The position numbers were made by a program, and so were the translations under genes. The notes beneath the pieces were generated by a model. That model was not told where the DNA came from. It saw only the letters and a list, made by a program, of their open reading frames with translations, and ran no database searches. This document shows, one piece after another, positions 60,001-64,000 of a stretch of 64,000 bases of DNA (position 1 is the first letter of the stretch; every line of letters starts with the position of its first letter). Source of the DNA: Candidatus Poribacteria bacterium. GTDB taxonomy: Bacteria; Poribacteria; WGA-4E; PCPOR2b. The stretch lies in NCBI GenBank assembly GCA_965215015.1, contig OZ244042.1:2784001-2848000 (forward strand). Reading direction: 5' to 3'.

Positions 60001-63000
60001 TGACCCCTTCGACGATAGCCATTTGACCACTAAAGGTGGGTGCGATTGCTGGTGTAATTTCCACCGTATCCGCCGTCGGTGCAGACCAACCGGCGGGTAC
60101 CTCGAGGCGGACCTTGCCACCTACCATTTGACCGGCTGCCGTGTAGGTCACGGTCAGCTCCCTGCCGGTATCACCGGTATGAAGCGACCCCTCCCCATCG
60201 GTCACGGCAATGACGGCTTTGCCTTTACCACTGGCTTGTGGGTTGACTGTGACGGTCGGCTGCGTTCGAATCGGTGCGAGATTACCGTCTTCACCGCCCC
60301 GAACGGCAAACCGAAACGCATCAACCCCTGTCGTGGCTGAAGCTACCGCGCGCCCTGCCTCGGTCGCACCGTAGGTAATCGTTATCCCATCGGCTTCTTT
60401 GTCAAGCGAGAAGATAGGCACGGTCACAGAGAATTTATCATCGTCCGTGACGCTGCCAAGCCCCACGCCATCCACCTCAGTATACCCCGGTAGACTGACC
60501 TCTTCCACCTGCGGTTGACTCCAGCTCGACGGGACGGTGAATTTCAGCTCCCCATCTTCAATCGTCTGACTCGGTTTGTAGGTAAACACCAATACCACAT
60601 CGTCGGACGCCGCACGGACCGAGGCGGTATCCAATGTAACCGTTCCTGTCCCGTCCAACGCGCTGGTCACTTTGATTTGTAAGACACCGGGGGCATCTTC
60701 ATAAATCCACTGCGTCTTGTCCGGGTTTCTTATCTTCTCCCGGCCGGTGTGTTCCAAGTCGCTGGTAAGGAAGTCGAAAACGCCGTCGCCATCCCCATCG
60801 GATTTAATCACGAACTGGGCGGTGCCAACATTGTCCTGAACCTCCGCACCGACGTCAGAATCAGAACCGGTGCCACCCCCGTAGATAAATCGGAAACTCC
60901 CCCCTTCGGCAAGCGTATCGATGGTTGCTATCGCGTGGCGATCGTTTATATCATCAGGAAGCAAGGAGACCCCTGCCCCTCTGACCGTCACATAATTCCG
61001 CTTGGTCGGATCCTCCTGCAGTGCCCCCCAACCGTCTGGAATTTCAAGGGTCACGGCACCGCCATCCATCGTGCCGGCTGCGGTGAACACCACCTCAATC
61101 GCCTGATTGCTACTCCCTGCCTCAATCGACCCCGGCGACAGCCGTGCTGTCCCCGTACCGTCTTCGACGTTGCTCAGCGTGACGGTGGCGGTCCCAGCGG
61201 TCCGGGTGCTGGCACCCGATGACGTTCTAAAGGTGCCGGACACTTCGACCGTACCGGCGACATGATGTAAGACTGCTTTACTATCAGCCTCAGCACCATA
61301 CGTAATCGTGACGGACTCCCCGACATCAAGCCGCCCGATTGCAACGGTGATGGTGCGCCCGGAGACGGTTATCTGATCCGCACCAATACCCCCGGCACCC
61401 CCGCTCTTTTTCGCATCGCCGGAGACGGACACCTCACCGGCGGTTGCGTCTGCCTTGGTCGGTGGACTGCCCAAAGTGGCCGGGATAGTCAACCGCACCT
61501 CACCGTCCCGTATGGGGGTCGAATCTGCTATAAACTTGAAATTGATAGTCGCTTTACTTCCGGCGCGGAAGGTGTCGGTGCCGTCGACTTCAAATCGAAC
61601 TGCATCGCCTGAGGTCTTCACAACCGAGAGGATGGGTTCCTCATTAATATCGGTGGTGGTAGGATCGTCTGTAAGTTCCTTAGCAGCATCCGCACCAATC
61701 GCCATCGTCACACCCCATTTATACTCGTCGGCTTCTGCGAGGATATTGACCCTACGGATTCTGGCGGTCACAGTTTTCCCTTTTTCAAGGTCGAGACTTG
61801 ACCACTCAAGGGTATCCCCGTCGTTTACCACTAACCCCTCAGAACCCGAAACATACCCGTAGTCCGTCGAGGTGTCGGTTTGGAGTTTCTGGGTATCATC
61901 GAGAACAATACCCTCCGGCTTAATCGTTAGCGTGGCATCCTCAAGATCGGTGTAGGCGGTATAGGTCAGGGCAATATCTCTCCGTTGAGAACCCGCCTCC
62001 ACAGACGCTGGCTCCAAGACCAACTTACCAGAACCCGCCACATCAACCCACTCCCCACCAGTGACTGCTACATCGGCAGGCATAGAAGAACCGACAGTGG
62101 TCTTCGCGGTGATACTCGGGGCGATAAAATCATCACCGGTACCCGTCCCGATACCAATCCCGTCCTCACGAGTATACGAAACAATAACTTGCTGACCCCT
62201 ATTAAGCGTCATAATGAGGATATGTAGCTTCGCGGGTTCCATGGCCGTACCGGGCGTAAAAACCCAACTAAGTGCGGCTGGCGCACCTGCGACTTTCCTA
62301 CCCGCCAGTTTCACCTTCCTCCCTAAAAAATCCTCACCCAAAAAATCCTCACCCACGAGGGCGTTCCGTGGACCTAAATGTGCCATATCTACGCCTGCGG
62401 GGCCAAATGATATATCTAGGGAACTGGAACTCCCGTATTGCCGTATTTCGGGGATGTATTTCGGGGAACTCCCGTATATCGGCCCAGGGGCCGTGAAGGT
62501 GAGAGTGAATTCGGTATCTGTCTCACCCGGAAATACCCGCCCCGGTTCAATTGTCAGCTTTCTTTCGAGAGGGTCACGGTCGGTACCCCCTCCTATGATA
62601 TTGCCAACCCTGACAACCGGATAACTGGATGGGGGTAACAGGCCAAGCACATCATTCCGGGTACTCTCACTACATAGGAATTCATCGGTAGCATACGCAA
62701 TATCATCATCGGCATCATCAGTAGTACCCCGGTTGTCCGTATTAGGCAGATGAGAAGGAATCGGAGCCGTTACATCACCCAATTGGATGATGAGGGCTCT
62801 ATTACCCCGCTGGGGCCCCCACGCTGAATCGAGAGCGACGGTTATCCGCTTGGCCGCTTCAAAGTCCACCCTATCCGTGGCAGTACCTGAGACGGTGCCA
62901 TCCTTATCCGTTTTGTATATTTCTGTGTCACCATCCATGACCGATAGAAACTTGTTAGACACCTCCCAACCGGCTGGAAACGCTATCCGAAAGCGACCAC

Positions 63001-63160
63001 CAGACATGTTATCAGCTGTTGGTCTGTAGGTAAATTTCAGAACGTTCCGAAGACTGCCAGCAGCAAGCGGAAGCGTGCTTCCAGTGATATTCACATCAGT
63101 AGCATCAACAATCTCTGGAGGCTCAGCATCAGCCTCTTCTCGGAAACCCCAACCTACTTG
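57055..63160 (+). repeat. Large direct repeat copy B
   Basis: Same orientation as 35511-~41510; offset 21544 bp at the left boundary. Confidence 0.9.
57237..57280 (-). terminator. Intrinsic terminator of giant gene B
   Basis: AGCTGCTAAATGCCTC-GGTGT-GAGACATTTAGCAGCT hairpin plus A8 run. Confidence 0.8.
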
Positions 63161-64000
63161 TACTACACTTGCACTGCCCGGAACTGTTACATAAAAGTGG
63201 TCGGGACTGTCGGTGCCTGTTTGTCTGTTGGTTTCAATATTTTGGTGAACACTAAGACCAGCGGGCAAGTTATCCCCGCCATGAGTTCCATAGACGGGCG
63301 CATGGGTCGGGGGCTGAAATATCGTGCGTCCCGGCGGGTTGCCTCGCTCGTTGCCTCCCGGTGTTGCAGTAACAACAGTAAAGCCGTCATCCTGGTGGCG
63401 CTGCGGGAGATCGCTTACTAATAGGGAATCCGTGTTCAGCCTCCTCCAGTTATCTGCGCCTGATTCTCCTGGGGCGTTGACCTCGTACTCGAATCTATAG
63501 GTAGACTCAATGGGCTTGACAGGGAAACGTACCCTACAGGTGATTAGGTAGTTAAGTCTTACTACCGGAGCATCCGCTTTATGTGCATCAGTTCTGCGCC
63601 TGTTCATTGGAACCACAGTTTCAAAATCGTCAGCTGAGTATCTGATTGTTATCCGATTTCCTTTAACGAATACACCTGTATCACCCCAAGATCCTTCAGA
63701 CCCCTCAGTAAAACTTATCGTATGTGGCGAGCCTGGATTGCCGTAAAACACCCCGTCGTTTTCTGCATACGGGGGACCGTCGGCGTGCCACCTGGCCAGG
63801 GTGTAGGTGGTGAGATTGGAAGTGTTGTTAACTCGCCAACCATCATCTGGATCTGCAGCATCGGGTACATGTGGAGCATCAGTTATACGTGTGCTATAAG
63901 CTGTGTGGAAAGCACGCAGCCGGATGTACATCAAGTCTCTCGGGTTCACCAACTCAAGCTCGGGTGGGATGTCCAACCGAAACCCTGCCTTCTTGTCTTT
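57308..64000 (-). CDS. Giant secreted surface protein B, paralog of A (5' end outside the window)
   Basis: Frame is open to base 64000 (KDKKAGFRLDIPPELEL aligns with DNKEGFRVTIPEGIEL of A). Same repeats and C-terminal sorting domain. Confidence 0.88.
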   Translation of the reverse strand, partial: KDKKAGFRLDIPPELELVNPRDLMYIRLRAFHTAYSTRITDAPHVPDAADPDDGWRVNNTSNLTTYTLARWHADGPPYAENDGVFYGNPGSPHTISFTEGSEGSWGDTGVFVKGNRITIRYSADDFETVVPMNRRRTDAHKADAPVVRLNYLITCRVRFPVKPIESTYRFEYEVNAPGESGADNWRRLNTDSLLVSDLPQRHQDDGFTVVTATPGGNERGNPPGRTIFQPPTHAPVYGTHGGDNLPAGLSVHQNIETNRQTGTDSPDHFYVTVPGSASVVQVGWGFREEADAEPPEIVDATDVNITGSTLPLAAGSLRNVLKFTYRPTADNMSGGRFRIAFPAGWEVSNKFLSVMDGDTEIYKTDKDGTVSGTATDRVDFEAAKRITVALDSAWGPQRGNRALIIQLGDVTAPIPSHLPNTDNRGTTDDADDDIAYATDEFLCSESTRNDVLGLLPPSSYPVVRVGNIIGGGTDRDPLERKLTIEPGRVFPGETDTEFTLTFTAPGPIYGSSPKYIPEIRQYGSSSSLDISFGPAGVDMAHLGPRNALVGEDFLGEDFLGRKVKLAGRKVAGAPAALSWVFTPGTAMEPAKLHILIMTLNRGQQVIVSYTREDGIGIGTGTGDDFIAPSITAKTTVGSSMPADVAVTGGEWVDVAGSGKLVLEPASVEAGSQRRDIALTYTAYTDLEDATLTIKPEGIVLDDTQKLQTDTSTDYGYVSGSEGLVVNDGDTLEWSSLDLEKGKTVTARIRRVNILAEADEYKWGVTMAIGADAAKELTDDPTTTDINEEPILSVVKTSGDAVRFEVDGTDTFRAGSKATINFKFIADSTPIRDGEVRLTIPATLGSPPTKADATAGEVSVSGDAKKSGGAGGIGADQITVSGRTITVAIGRLDVGESVTITYGAEADSKAVLHHVAGTVEVSGTFRTSSGASTRTAGTATVTLSNVEDGTGTARLSPGSIEAGSSNQAIEVVFTAAGTMDGGAVTLEIPDGWGALQEDPTKRNYVTVRGAGVSLLPDDINDRHAIATIDTLAEGGSFRFIYGGGTGSDSDVGAEVQDNVGTAQFVIKSDGDGDGVFDFLTSDLEHTGREKIRNPDKTQWIYEDAPGVLQIKVTSALDGTGTVTLDTASVRAASDDVVLVFTYKPSQTIEDGELKFTVPSSWSQPQVEEVSLPGYTEVDGVGLGSVTDDDKFSVTVPIFSLDKEADGITITYGATEAGRAVASATTGVDAFRFAVRGGEDGNLAPIRTQPTVTVNPQASGKGKAVIAVTDGEGSLHTGDTGRELTVTYTAAGQMVGGKVRLEVPAGWSAPTADTVEITPAIAPTFSGQMAIVEGVNLSANGTVTFVYTGDVQPNVGTGVAFAVGVHGGDAADDFDDVSGDETMLTVDVDEARRGAGSGEVAPRIVDAGATGVNLTFTYTAVGLVNAPREFRVQVPPGWTTPSSAAMDPENKGTYTVVHRQMGVATTVSVEKLTPVGRDMVARVKLGGLEVEAGDEIIFTYQNADAPANREVSEFVMLFDGQRVDSNVSVRVQDSTPSQLTLSSAGTVSADEGAMPLGITVGLRDADGHEVAMASDVSVTLTSSSAGTFSELAEGTGTESITVTVAGGEVSAMVYYQDSTPGIATITATAPGLTMASQPVTVTTSVIAITEGSVTIEPALAMAGETVTVSAMGTAGRTVMFSVGSIVTDHSMTEVASGTYSGSFTVVADQHADGMYDVSVSLNGQSVMVSNALTLDSTMPTVMAMASPETVADGEPVEISATVSDASSIISVTADVSTLDTTQTDGVALTMGADGSYSASVVVSEANTAINGSKTITVTAIDAAGNSGSGTAMVTLDNMLSYTSTIPAGTSLFHVPLAVEGLNTVGDLREMLGSGANLLIVYDRATDLWNSRSDDVPITADLGILVSMSAEATVTFTGYAWDDGASTINLTAGSNLIGLPVNDARLTNVSDIAALFATGVVASVVVSTADGYKSVAAAGDVNDGPVMGDAAYLVTATTDATAALIGTGWSNDTAAAAPIALVSHQVAGQTPVLDVNGSVVDESTGVAQDGFRVKVKNLSTKAALNRVTSAETATGYNMTFVDLKIGHAAQVGDVLEISADSPSPLIGVQPVRHIVTVDDVKATRIELADLIAYEIPSETELLRNYPNPFNPETWIPYRLASDADVVLTIYDTAGQVVRTLDMGHQTAAVYESRAKAIYWDGRNRFGEQVASGIYFYSLSAGDFSATRKMLILK

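Noticed and set aside
35756-64000. Diversity-generating retroelement (TR/VR) explanation for the paralog pair or the 247-bp repeat
   Set aside because: No reverse transcriptase in the window, and the differences are bidirectional and not adenine-specific.

Overview
Bacterial chromosomal window, most likely Candidatus Poribacteria. This is inferred from the C-terminal 'NYPNPFNPETWIPY...YWDGRN..GE.VASG.YFY.L.AG.FSATRKMLILK' sorting domain and the abundance of Gfo/Idh/MocA, sugar-isomerase and BNR genes. Most of the window is scattered metabolic genes separated by REP/MITE-rich spacers. Highlights: (1) an unannotated Met-rich leader peptide with a promoter, an antiterminator and a terminator in front of a threonine-synthase-like gene, which looks like a methionine-sensing ribosome-mediated attenuator; (2) two ~2300-aa paralogous secreted repeat proteins in direct orientation about 21.5 kb apart, with near-identical stalks and C-termini but strongly diverged N-terminal tips, one of them divergent from an ECF sigma/anti-sigma locus; (3) a UGA-containing (selenocysteine) AhpC/TSA redoxin missed by the ORF track, directly downstream of a SelA/DgaE-like gene; (4) a tandem-winged-helix HNH nuclease cassette; (5) +1 poly-C frameshifts in aspC and an Omp85 gene; (6) one IS4-like element. 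No rRNA, tRNA or CRISPR array was seen.
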